A DNA stretch of 64,000 nucleotides, from assembly GCA_964016885.1 (NCBI GenBank), contig OZ024743.1, positions 193,378,001-193,442,000 of the forward strand, read 5' to 3'. Shown in pieces: positions 14,251-26,639 of the stretch. Source of the stretch: Eledone cirrhosa. Taxonomy: Eukaryota. A program made the translations under genes and the position numbers. Each line of letters starts with the position of its first letter. Positions within the stretch are counted from its first letter, which is position 1. The notes under the pieces are model-generated. The model searched no databases and was not told where the DNA came from. It saw nothing but the letters and a program-made list of their open reading frames with translations.

Positions 14251-14515
14251 GGTACCTGACTTCGTGCATGTCCCACCCTGAAACCCTCCATTATACGTGT
14301 CTATGGAATGCTCAGACACTGTCATCTTAATTTCAGGCAGTTCCATTTGAGAACCTAGCTGGAAGAATCCTCGTCGCAAGTGATAGGGTACCATCATACA
14401 TATGAACACATAGACACACACACAAGTTTCAAAGAGAATAGAAGGGATCAATAAAATAAGTACTAGATTTTAAAATATATGTACTGGAATTGAGGTCAAG
14501 AAAAATCCTTTAATC

Positions 14516-17500
14516 GTGGTACCCCAGCATGGGCACAGTCTAACGTCTGAAACAAGTGCAGGCCGGAGAATTGTTATTCCTCCTTTAATCTATGGTTCCC
14601 CTCGCTTCTACAGTGAGTGCTTTCAGAATTTGATGACTGTGGTTCGACACATGGGAAAGCCATCTTATTTCATCACTGTAACAACTAATCCTAACTGGGA
14701 TGAAATAAAAAATAGTTTGCAACCTGGTGAAGAACCTAGAGACTGTCCTGATATTTGTGCAAGAGTTTTCAAGATCAAGTATGACAGCCTCATGGATGAC
14801 ATACTGAAAAAAAATGTCCTAGGAAAAGTTGTGGCTCATTCTGCTACAATAGAGTGGCAGAAAACGAGGCCTCACTCATGCTCATATTCTGCTGATAATA
14901 GCTGAAGATAGCAAGCCCAAAACTGCTGATGCCATTGATCAGGTAGTGTACTGTGAGATTCCTGATAAAGCGACCAATCCAATTCTGCATAAGATCATCA
15001 CATCCTGCAACATTCATGGTCCATGTGGACAAGCTAATATGATATCCTCATGTATGGACGGGCTAGGACAACAACGCCATTGCTCAAAAAGTTATCCCAA
15101 GGCATTCAGACAAACCACATTTGTTGCCAAAAATTCCTTTCCGGAGTATAGAAGAAGGGATAGACAGCATGGTGGTCACACCCATACAATCCAACTGAAA
15201 GGTCAAGAATTTACTGTTGATAATCGTTGGATTGTTCCATACAACCCTTTCCTCTTATTGAGATATCAGTGCCACATCAATTGTGAGGTTGTCCACAGTA
15301 TCAAGGTTGTTAAGTACTTATATAAGTACATCACAAAAGGATCAGACAAGATCCCTTTCACTATTAAGGATGATCAAGGAAATTGTGTCCATGCCCAAAA
15401 TGAGATTGAGACCTATATCAATGCATGGTACATCTCAGCCAGTGAAGCATTCTGGAGAATCTATAAATTTCCATTACATCATCGAAAACCACCAGTTGAA
15501 AAGTTACCTTGCCATTTACCTGGGGAACAAATGGCCGTGTATGAGTGAGGGCAGGAAGAAAGTATTGTTTATAGGGGACAGCCAATGACTAAGTTGACGG
15601 AATATTTTCAACTGAATATTAGAGATCCAATGGTACAAAACATATTGTATATTGATATTCCTAAATATTTCACTTGGACAAACAAAAAGTGGCAAAGAAG
15701 AAAAAAGGGACATCTGGATAGTGATCAACAATTTATGAGTGAATCGCTTGGACGCATTCCAAAAGTACCTCTCAGTAGACATCAATCTGAATTATATTAC
15801 CTCAGGATGATCCTACATCACAAGGCTAGGTCAACTTCATACACAGATTTGAGGACAATTGAAGGAGTTGAATTTCCAACATTCCAAGAAGCATGCAGGA
15901 AACTTGGTCTGTTAGATGAAGATGGAGAAAAAGACAAAGCTATGGAAGAGGCCTCATCCATTACGCTTGGTCCTCAGCTGCGAGAGATCTTCTGCACCAT
16001 TTTATTTTACAGCATGCCAAATGACCCTCTGCAGTTCTGGGAGAAATGGAAGAATTGTCTTGCAGAGGATATCATGCATGAACGTCATGAGCAAGTCATG
16101 TCCATGCAAACCATGCAGATTGTTCTACAGAAGCTCCAACAGGGTTCTTATGGCAGAAACTGATTTCAATACACACCAACTGCAAGCAAACATAAATGAA
16201 CTTCTGCCAACATTGAATCCTGAGCAACTGGTTATTTTTCACAAAGTAATCACCTCTGTAAATGAAAATGAAGGCAGAATTTTCTGCTTGAATGCAAGTG
16301 CAGGTACAGGAAAGACCTATGTCATAAACATCCTATTGGATCACCCCAACAAATGATGCAGCAAGATTGGTGAGTGAGTTCATGGTCAACAAGTTCCTTG
16401 ATCATGAAATAATCTACAGAAGCTCTGATACAGTAGATAATTGTTTCTACTTTTGGCACAAGGCCAGCAATTACCCAGTACATTACTGGTACTTTATTTT
16501 ATCGACCCCGTAACGATGAAAGGCAAAGTTAACCTCGGCGGGATTTGAACTTAGACCGTAAAGGGACGTAACTATGCTGAAAGCATGGCGTCCGGCCCTC
16601 TACCGATACTGCCAATCCACCGCTGTAGATACAGTAGATAATGAACTGCAATATCCAATTGAGTTCATCAACAAACTTACCCCATCAGGCTTCCCAACAC
16701 ATACTTAAACTGAAGAAAGGCAGTTGCATCATGCTTCTGAGAAATTTGGATCCTCTAAACAGGCATTGTAGTGGTACATGCTACATCATCATCAGTTTAC
16801 ATAATCATGTAATTGAAGCTGAAGTGGCATTGGGTCCCAATGCTGGAACAAGGCTGCTAATCCCAAGGCCACTAATCCTCAAGAGCTTGAGTTCCCTTTC
16901 ACCTTTACTCGCAAGCAGTTTCCTGTCAAGCCAGCCTTTGCCCTTACATGCCACAAGGCACAAAGGCAGACATTTGAAAAGATAGGTGTATATCTACCAA
17001 CACAATTCTTCTCACATGGTCAGATGTATGTTGCATTATCAGATGTATGTTGTATTATATTAAATGAAAGGGTCTGTTTGCTGACAACTGTGTCTACAAA
17101 GAAATTCTACAGTGATGTGAAACAGCTATCACTCTCTTTTAGTTGAAATGCATTTCAGCTACTTTTTAACTGCTAGAAAAGGGACACTACAAAAACTTAA
17201 GAAGTCTATATGTGAATACAGTAAAACAACAATATAGTGAAGGTCAACTCTTCATATTGGTAAATGTAATTCATTCATTCATACCAGCAGCATCTATTTT
17301 CAAATTCACTGCTTGAAGCTTCCCATCGACATTCTCAAGTGAAGATTCATGAACATTTTCCGTCAACAGTTTCATCACTTTTCTATCTCCATTATCACTT
17401 TTTTAAAAAAATATATCATGGATTACTTTACTGATTACAGAAGTAAGTGTAACACAGTCTTTGTTCAGTTTATGTGCATATTGTCAATTGATGTATTATA

Positions 17501-17585
17501 TCTATGTGCATATATATTTGCGTATATCATTATACACACTATATATGCTAGCAGAAAACCGCCCGAAGGGCAGTTCTTCTGCTAG
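14516..17585 (+). mobile_element. Decayed Helitron (Rep/HUH plus Pif1 helicase pseudogene) with 3' hairpin-CTAG end
   Basis: Rep motifs GKPSYFITVTTNP, EWQK..HAHILL (frameshifted), HGPCG, DNRWIVPYNP, KYLYKYITKG; Walker A ASAGTGKT; QFPVKPAFA, FSHGQMYVALS; stops and frameshifts; terminal hairpin and CTAG at 17548-17585. Confidence 0.93.
16441..16625 (-). mobile_element. tRNA-derived SINE inserted in the Helitron helicase
   Basis: Same family as 57698-57890; 15-bp TSD gatacagtagataat at 16427-16441 and 16628-16642. Confidence 0.92.
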
Positions 17586-17596
17586 TAATAATAATA

Positions 17597-17866
17597 ATTG
17601 TTTCTACTTTTGGCACAAGACCAGCAATTATCCCAGTGCATTACTGGTGCTTTATTTAACTCTATGACGCAAAGAATGTTCGATGCTCTACCGATACTGC
17701 CAATAATAATAATAATAATTGTTTCTGATTTAAGCACAAGCTCAGCAATTTTGGGGGAGGACAAAGTCGATCAATCGACCCCAGAGTGTGACTAGTATTT
17801 TATTTTATTGACCCCGTAAGGATGAAAGGCAAAGCTAACCTTGGCGGGATTTGAACTCAGAATGTA
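17597..17866 (-). mobile_element. Two partial SINE copies of the same family
   Basis: ttgtttctacttttggcacaag tail and ggatgaaaggcaaag...ggatttgaactc core. Confidence 0.8.
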
Positions 17867-18325
17867 AGGAGGGGAGGGGGGGGGGGCTCTTTGCCACAAA
17901 GCATGTATGATGCTCAGCTGTATAGGCTCTGAGGACGCCTAAGGTCTTGACGGCGACCGGTGCGAAGGAGAAGTGGTCGGGTAATCCCCGGTATTTGTTT
18001 GTCTTTACAACCTGTTCAATAAAATTAAGTCGTTAATTAGAAGAAAACTTTTGTTGTGGTGTGTGACTGAGTGTATATGTATCCTCTCTCACCCCCTTCT
18101 CTCTCATATATATAGAAACTAATAAGACTTCGTACCTCTGTTTGTTTTCTCCTTGAATTATATATATGTATAGTAATAATAATAAATTTGAAGACTAAAA
18201 TCCAAAGAGGGCTCGATAAGGATAAATATATATCAAATATATAAGAACCGTAAGGGTGAAAGCTGCGATTCTTTGCTTAAACTTTAATCTGTTATTTTAA
18301 TAAATATATATATATATATATATAT

Positions 18326-18495
18326 AGTTGACAAGACTAGCATGGGTTTCATTGCTAGTACCGGTTGCATCTCGGCGTACTCAATAGGTAATGTTAAGTA
18401 AACTCCCAGAGTAGACACATAATTATTCGCTTTAACACAACACACGTAAATGGGTACCTTCAATCTATACTCGTACTCGAGTTTCGGCCACACTT
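18326..18495. repeat. Left arm of a ~170-bp inverted repeat (partner 21566-21734); probable PLE terminal repeat
   Basis: Near-identical reverse complement of the partner; both arms end outward in (TA)n. Confidence 0.9.
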
Positions 18496-18572
18496 AATGC
18501 AGCAATCTACTGTCTGCATTTATTATGCAACAATGCACAATCGGCGCATGTGGCTATATATATATATATATA

Positions 18573-21548
18573 TCATCATCATCATCATCATCATCAACGT
18601 TTAACGTCCGTGTTCCATGCTTGCATGGGTTTGGACGGGGGTAGTCCCACTTGAGGCAAGAGTGATTGTCTTGCTCGCATAGGACTGTCTGGCAGGTTTT
18701 CTACAGTTGGATGCCCTTCCTAACACCAACCACATTTACAGTGTGGGTCTGGGAGGTTTTTACCGTGTTGCCTACACGGCCACATTACAGCGTGGACTGT
18801 GTGTTTTTTTGTCGTGACACCTACACGATCTCATTTGTTTCGGCCTGGATGGCGCGGCACCAACATAACTTTACATAGAACGGGGTGGTGTGGATGGGGT
18901 GGGGGTGGTGGCGGACGGGGTGTATTTTGTTAGAGATGCCTACTGGCAAGGCGGGTCTTCTCTGTTACTGAGTACCGCCAAAGGTCTCGGTCCAGTGACA
19001 TTGTCTTGGAGAGGTGTAAGTGTGTGAGGTCGGAGTTTATCAGCTCGTCCCAGGTTTTTCTAGGTCTGCCTATTCCGTGGCTACCGTCTATCTTTATTGC
19101 CCTGCACTTTGTTATACAGCTATCGACTTTCATGCGCATCACGTGTCCATACCAACGTAGCCTTCTCTCGAGTAAACAACATCTGATCCCTCTTATCTCT
19201 AATTTTTTCCTTAGTTCGTTTATGCTTTGCCGTTCACGTATATTACTGTTACACATCCAGCGGAGCATGCAAGCTTCGTTCTTCTCTAGTCTGCGTATAT
19301 CCTCTGCACACAATGCCCAGGTCTCACTGCCATGCAACATTGCTGTTCGTATGCAGGCATCGTACAACCTGCCTTTCATTTTTAGGGAGAACCCTTTAGC
19401 AGCTAATAGTGGTATAAGCTCTCTGAACTTTTTCTAACCAGTTCTGACTCTAGCTACTGTACTTTCAGAGCACCCTCCCCCACTGCTGATTTTATCGCCC
19501 AGGTAATGGAAGCTGTCCACTATTCTATAGAACCCTCTGCGCAATTGAAAGAGCTAGTATTTTGTGGGCACTTGCTGCTACTTATTGCACCAGAACACCG
19601 GCCACATGTAAAATCTATGTTCTTAGTTAGCTTACCTGTGATCCCACTACATCTTTTATGCACCCATACTTTGCATTTAGGACATAAAATGGAGTTTCTA
19701 CCTACGCCTTTCCTACACACCGAGCACGACCATTTCCCAGAAGGGACCGCCGCCTTGTTTTCTTTCCTACAAACTAGAACTTTAGTCTTAGCCAGGTTAA
19801 TTTTAAGTCCTTTTGACTCTAGGCCGTGCTTCCATGTTTGGAATTTCTTCTCTAGCTCGGCCATTGATTCCGCTATGAGTGTCAGGTCGTCTGCGTATAG
19901 GAGTTCCCATGGGCAGCCGGTCTTGAACTCCTCTGTTATAGCCTGAAGGGCAATAATAAATAGTAGGGGGCTGAGAACAGAGCCCTGATGGACGCCAACT
20001 TTTACGCTAAACTCTTCACTATATTCGTTGTTAATTCTAACCTTGCTGACTGTTTCTTTATACATGGCTTGTATAGCCCTCACAAGCCATTCGTCAACGC
20101 CTAGTTTTCTAAGAGCCCACCAGATAATGGAGCGGGGGACTCTGTCGAAGGCTTTCTCCAAGTCGACAAAAGCTAAGTAGAGGGGATTACCTTTAGCTAG
20201 GTACTTCTCCTGTAGTTGTCGTACTATGAAAAGAGCGTCTGTGGTACTTTTGCCTGACACAACCCCGAACTGCATTTCATCTAGGTCAATTCTCTCTCTG
20301 ATTAGTTGCGCTATTACTTTTTCCGTGACCTTCATGACCTGGTCGATTAATTTAATGCCTCTATAGTTACTCCTATCTAGGGCGTCTCCTTTACCCTTAT
20401 AACAGTTAACGATGATGCTGCTATGCCAGTCCTTCGGAACAACCCCATTCTGTACGACTTGGTTAACTATGCGGGTGACCATGGTGTGTCCCACCGTGCC
20501 AGATGCCTTCAGCATCTCAGCAACTATTTCCGAAGGCCCAGCCGCCTTACCCGTCTTCATATCCTCGATTGCCTTACTTATTATACTCCCCTCGACTAAC
20601 ACTGCTGGTCCCTCTATTGGGTCGATATGGGGGAGACTGTCTTTCTCCCATTTATTCTCCTCATTTAGTAGCCTTTCATAGTGACACTTCCAAGCTACCT
20701 TCTTATCAGCGTCGGTGATGGCAAGTATGCCATCATCGTTAAGTACACACTTCTCCCCGACAATATCACGGTTTTCCTTGACGCATTGCCTAGCAATCCT
20801 GAACACCTCACGTTTTTGGTCATCGCGTTGTAGAACGTGCTTGAACTTTCTTTCCTCAGCTTCCCTTCTTGCTAAGTACACTTGTCTCCTAGCTTCCCTC
20901 CTGGCCACTTGATAGTCTTCTCTACTTCCCCCATCCCGCCATACTTTCCAAGCCTGCTTTTTGGCCTTAATTGACCCCTCCACCTTACTGTTCCACCACC
21001 ATGTTACTCTCCTCCTGCCTACAGGCCTGCTCCAGCCACAGACTTCGTCTGTCGCCAACAGCAGGTTTGCATTCAGAAATTCCCACTGTCCCTCTATATT
21101 GTCCGACTCTAAATGTTCTTCCTTACTGTCGAAAGCATCAAGTAATATGCTTTGAAATTTATTTCTGGCTGTGGGGTCCTTTAGCTTCCATATTTTTCTC
21201 CTGAGGATAGTCCTCTTCTGCTGTCGAGTACGTCTCGTCCTGACTATGAGGTCGCTAATTATCAGTCTATGTTGGGAGGTGCATTCTTCATGGGGGAGGG
21301 ATTTAGTGTTTACAACAGACACTCTGTCACGTCTTCTGGTAAGGATATAATCTACCTGGCTTGTGTGTTCCCCGGATCTATAGGTGATCAGGTGATTGTC
21401 ACGTTTTTTGAAGTTAGTGTTACAGATAGTTAGGTTATTTGCATCACAGAATTCCAGGATTCTGGAGCCTTCCTCATTTCTAGTACCAAACCCATAGCCT
21501 CCATGGATTTCGTCGTAGCCGTCACAATGTTGTCCAACGTGACCATTT
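18573..21548 (-). mobile_element. RTE-clade LINE, 5'-truncated in the APE domain, with in-frame stops
   Basis: RT motifs AFVDLEKAFD, GVHQGSVLSP, LLYADD; C-terminal LRWYGHVMR, GRPRKTW; (GAT)n tail; stops near 19520 and 19436. Confidence 0.96.
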
Positions 21549-21565
21549 ATATATATATATAAGTA

Positions 21566-21734
21566 AAGTGTGGCTGAAACTCGAGTACGGGTATAGATTG
21601 AAGGTACCCATTTACGTGTGTTGTGTTAAAGCGAATAATTATGTGTCTACTCTGGAGTTTACTTAACATTACCTATTGAGTACGCCGAGATGCAACCGGT
21701 ACTAGCAATGAAACCCATGCTAGTCTCGTCAACT
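21566..21734. repeat. Right arm of the ~170-bp inverted repeat
   Basis: Reverse complement of 18326-18495. Confidence 0.9.
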
Positions 21735-21882
21735 ATATATATATGGTCTATAACTTAACATTACTATTGGTTCACTAAGTTGAGTTCTCAATGTATAGGT
21801 GGGTCTGTTTTAGTATAGTCCGTGATGTTGTACATTTGGTGTTATAATATGGTCGGTCTCCTTTATAAGCAGAGGGTTAATA

Positions 21883-22061
21883 ATTGTTTCTACTTTTGGC
21901 ACAAGGCCAGCAAATATCCCAGTGTATTACTAGTACTTTATTTTATTGACCCTGTAAGGATGAAAGGTAAAGTTAACCTCGGCGGGATATGAACTCAGAC
22001 CATAAAGGGCTGTAACTCTTTGCTGCAAAGCATGGCGTCCAACTCTCTACCGATACTGCCA
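21883..22061 (-). mobile_element. tRNA-derived SINE
   Basis: Full-length match to the family at 57698-57890. Confidence 0.88.
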
Positions 22062-22489
22062 AGTATGAACGAGCTGTCAAAATGTCATCATTAAGTTTTT
22101 TCAGGTGTGACGCGCATTTCGCGATTGATCAGCTCAAGGTAGAATCCGTATAAATATTTATTGATTGTATTAATAACATTACAAATATGTTTTAAATATC
22201 ATCATCATCATCATCATCATCATTTTACGTCCGCTTTTCCCTGCTTGCAAGGGTTGGACGGGTCCTATTCAGCACAGCATCTCTCGACTTGTCACGGTCC
22301 TTCGTCATCTCCTCGGTGCGTAAATAACATTATAAATTGCTCGCAATTCGTTCAGAATAACATTACAAATATAATGTCGTTGATAAACACAAATACAAAC
22401 GCATAAAAGAGAGATTAAAAAAAAGAAAAAAAAAAGGTGGTGGGAGCAATTCACCACCAAGTGCGACAATCGACCGGACTTAGTCTCCT

Positions 22490-22917
22490 AGAAGATTTCA
22501 AGTTACCTTCCAGTAATCTGGAATCGCTTTCACTCCCGATTTCATAAATGATGGGAAAAGACGGCCTTACCCTTTGTTCTTGGGTAAGAGGCATTTGTGT
22601 CTCATCTAAGACGTTACAGTCAGTGATTCTTTTGCTCCCTCCCAATCATAGACGCTGCGGTAAATGTGAGGGTCACTGCTTCCATTGCTGAACGGAATAA
22701 AATCCGAAAATACCGGGATTTATCCAACAATTATTTTTTCCAGCCTGTTGCTTTCGAGACGTTTGGTGGACTTAGGCCGTTGACAGCGAAGTTCTTGTCA
22801 TCGTTAGTGGCTCGCCTTACTAAGGTGTCAGGTGATGCCCTTGGGAGTACTTGGTTGTTTCAGAACCTTAACCACGCCATCACCCGTGGTAACGTTGCGA
22901 GCGTTTTGGCTTGCTAA
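22490..22917 (+). mobile_element. CRE-like non-LTR retrotransposon 3' fragment (restriction-like endonuclease)
   Basis: Frameshifted DGKR..DGLTL..W..G...DVTV.DSFAPS, then AERNKIRKY..FQPVAFETFG..QNLNHAITRGN. Confidence 0.8.
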
Positions 22918-23319
22918 TCTATTCGATTCGGTTTCTAGTCTCTCTCTCTCAGTCTTCAAAAAAGTTACCACCTTTCAGCAGGCAACTTTTCATATTACCT
23001 CACTCTCTGATTTAGCTAAAAATAATGATTTCTTACTTAGGTACAAGGCCAGCAAAATTGTGTGTGTGTGTGTGGGGGGGGGGGGGGTAAAGTTGATTAA
23101 ATCAACTCCAGTGCTTAACTGATACTATATTTTATCGACCTCGGAAGGATGAGAAGTAAAGTTGACCTCGACGGGATTTGAAACTAGTATGTAGAGCGTC
23201 GAAACGAGCAGATAGAGCGACAGTGTAGAAGATTCCTTGTTGACAAGTAATCGACTGTGTACTTAAATAATCGTGTGTAGTGGGTGGGTGGGTGTCCATT
23301 TTTGCTCGTAACTATTTAT

Positions 23320-23490
23320 TATCACATAGCAACCGTAGTTAGAGGCAACGAAAATAACATTAAACACACGTTTTCCTAATGTACCGAATGATTTGTCCTA
23401 AACATTGTATCATATATCTATTACCAGACTGACACTGCAGCGCTGACTATAAGCACAACATCAACAACAGATATTTACAAAGAAGTGAGT
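23320..23490 (+). promoter_or_regulatory. Candidate ARMC3 promoter and non-coding exon 1
   Basis: X-box-like catagcaac (23325-23333) and gttagaggcaac (23338-23349); donor-like AA|GTGAGT at 23485; the ATG exon has an upstream acceptor, so an earlier exon must exist. Confidence 0.45.
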
Positions 23491-24504
23491 AAAAGTATTA
23501 GTTTTATTTCGTAGGTTCGTAAAAACAAAACAAAACAAAACAACAACAGAAACGGACATATCTCCAATATATATATATATATCGCCATATATCAGCCACA
23601 TACTTTTATCATAATCCCCTTCCTCTCCTACCCCCTACCTCTTACCCCTCTCTCAGTTCCTTATCCGCCTCCCATAGAATACAGGTTACAGGGCCCTTTA
23701 TTTTACTTCTTTTAATCTTCCATCACTTGTAGTAACTCTGGATACACAAACTTTCCTACATTTCCATAGTCAGAGACATTAGTACAGCGACACCGTGTAC
23801 ACTCGGGTCCCAGATAATAGAGGGGTGGGGTGGAATGAGTGGCGGTGGGTGGACATTTGCTTAAATTCACATAAGCGGGGGGGGGGGGGGGGTAAACGGG
23901 GGGAGAGGGATCAGTAATTGTATAGTGTACGTTCGTAAATATGGGATTTCTTGTAATATTCTTTTTTTGTCATATATAATGTTTTTCATTATAAAATAAA
24001 ATATTAGATTCTCTAGCTGCTGTATCGATATGAATCACAATAACATTTCGCCGGATATAGATTAGCAAAATTTAATAAGCGGGGTGGTGGGTGCATGTGT
24101 GTAATAAAAGCGGGGGTGGGTGGTGGAAACAATCTGAAAAGTTCGTTAGCGGGTGGGTTGGGGGACGATTATTCAAGACTTGAGAGTACTTCTATCATAA
24201 CCCCCCCCCCTTCTTCTCCTACCTCCTACCTCCCCCACCCTTACCCCTCTTTCAGTCCCTTATCCGTCCCCTACTATGCCAATATGTAGAATACAGGTTA
24301 TAGGGACCTTTACTTTTACTACTTTTAATGTTTTGACACTTGGAGTAACACTGGATACACAAACTTTCATACATTTGTAAAGTCAGAGACCTAGTACAGC
24401 GAGACTGTGTAGGTGGTATCTCTCTCACAAACTTTATTATAGTATTAATGACACTATTATAAATATTTTAATGTCTAAAATTTTAACAACAAAACAAAAT
24501 AAAA

Positions 24505-24785
24505 AAAAAAACGATCTCAGCTTCAATACAAGTAGCATGTAGTTAGAATGTCTGAGGAAAGAATTGCTGGAGAGATTTTATGGGCAAAACCAACTGGCAG
24601 CAGATCCAGGGGTAGACTTTGAGCAAGATGGTTGGATAACATCCAGAAGCTTGGCTGGTCACGCTTGGGGACCCAGCCGCATCAGTTGAAGACGGTTGCT
24701 TTTGACAGGACCTGCTGGAAGGAGTGTGTGAGGACTCTGCCCCCACAACCCTCTCAGGAATATAGTGGGTGAAGAAGAAGAGAAG
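24505..24785 (+). mobile_element. 3' fragment of a second RTE-like LINE family with (GAA)n tail
   Basis: HVVRMSEERI...SRSRGR..RWLDNI; related - strand copies at ~50100-50375 and ~56340-56750. Confidence 0.7.
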
Positions 24786-25434
24786 GCCACCAATATTAGG
24801 TTGAGGAAAGTTGATTAAATCAACCCCAATACTGGATGATACTTTATTTTATCAATCCAAGAAGGCAAAGTTGACCCCAGCAGCTTTTGAATTCAGAATG
24901 TAAAGAGTCAAAACTAAATAGTCAAAGCATTTTATCCAAAGTTCATTATGCCAATGTTTATCCTAGTTTCCTTGGTGTTAAGTAAATGAGAGTACAAGAC
25001 TCCCCTTTTGACAGGATGCCAGTCTATCACAGGTTTAAACCTTTAGCTACTGCTGGTACTAATTTACAACTTAATATTCTGGAGCAACACGAAATGATAT
25101 GTTTTGCTCAAGAACACAGCACAACCCAGTCCAGAAATTAAAACCCATGACATTATGATCATAAGTCCAACATCGTAGCCACTTGGGCATCATATAATAA
25201 TTGTTTCTAAATTTAACACAAAGCCAGCAATTTGAAGCTAAGGGGAAAGTTGATTAAATCGACCCCCAGTGTGTTATTGATACTTTATTTTATCAACCTC
25301 TTGGAGATTAAAGACAAAGCTGGCCTCTTTACAGAATGTAAAGGATCGTAACTCTATGCCTCAAAACGTTGTTTGACGTTCGGCAAACTCTGCCAATCCA
25401 CTGCGAGGAAAATAATGATTTCAGTCATATATAT

Positions 25435-25860
25435 TGGCAGCATTGGTAGAGCGTTGTACACCATGCTTGGCGGCTTAGAGTTACGGCCCTTTACATTCTG
25501 AGTTCAAATCCCACCACGGTTAACTCTGCCTTTCATCCTTATGGGGTCGATAAAATAGAGTACCAGTAATGTACTGGAGTCGATTTAATCGACCCCCCCC
25601 CCAAAAAAAAAAAATTGCTAGCCTTGTGCCTAAATCAGAAACCATTATGTTGTCATTATACCACACACATATAATTGTTTCTACTATTGGCACAAGGCCA
25701 GCAATTATCCAGTACATTACTGGTACTTTATTTTATCAACCCTGTAAGGATGAAAGGCAAAGTTAACCTCGACGGGATTTGAACTCAGAATGGCAAGGGC
25801 CGTAACTATGCGTCAAAGCATGGCGTCCGACCCTCTACCGATACTGCCAATTCACCGCCC
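25435..25860. mobile_element. Two SINEs tail-to-tail (+ 25435-25645; - 25673-25860)
   Basis: A/B boxes (tggcagcattggt, gagttcaaatcc) and the shared core. Confidence 0.85.
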
Positions 25861-26155
25861 ATACCACACATATATAATGAGTAGTGATTTGAAAATTCTA
25901 GCTACAGGCTTAAAGTCTTCTTAAAAGGTAGAATTAGCTGTCAGTGGCTTCTTAGCATAGTGGCTAACACACTCACCTGGCATCCGATAGATGTGGGGTT
26001 TCTCACAGGTGGTGCTTCAGTCCACATTTTTTTTTACATCTCCAGGGATATTTTACACAATTTTTTTCAATTATGATTTATATAGATTGACTATATTATA
26101 GTAATTTCAAATCTCAAACTTTCCAAATGCTTCATAAGTGAACAGCTTTTTAAAA

Positions 26156-26190
<35 letters not shown>

Positions 26191-26639
26191 CACACATCTA
26201 GGGAATGTAAGGTGCAGTTACTATAGATTCACCTGAGTGAGCACTCGATATATATATATACACTTGTTTTAATGAATAATTTACTCCATTCCTGCATCAA
26301 CAATGGATGATTTGCATAATGCAGTATTGTTTATCAACCCGAACAACCGGTTCTATCCATTGGTGAACAGCCTTACATAAATGATATATATATATATATC
26401 ATCATCATCATCATCATCATAATTTAATGTCCATCTTCCACGTTAGCATGGGTTAGACGGGAGTTGTGCCACTTGAGGCAAGGTTGGTCAAGTGACCGTG
26501 TCTCGCTCAGATAGGACTATCTGGCAGGCTTTCTACGGCTGGATGCCCTTCCTAACACCAACCACATTTACAGTGTGGAACTGTAATATATATATATATA
26601 TCTATCATTTATTGTTGTGGCTTTCCAATTCCGAATAAT

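Noticed and set aside
17925-17975. CUGAGGA-CGCC..GGCG hammerhead-like sequence
   Set aside because: GAAA box incomplete and no stem I; at most a decayed relic
18235-18300. Segment inverted relative to 38045-38105
   Set aside because: Short dispersed repeat end 20 kb away; no complete ribozyme or shared element
21745-21878. Possible PLE C-terminus next to the inverted arm
   Set aside because: Similarity too short and frame-dependent
22105-22145. - strand GAAAugcgcGUC module
   Set aside because: No usable core box or stem I
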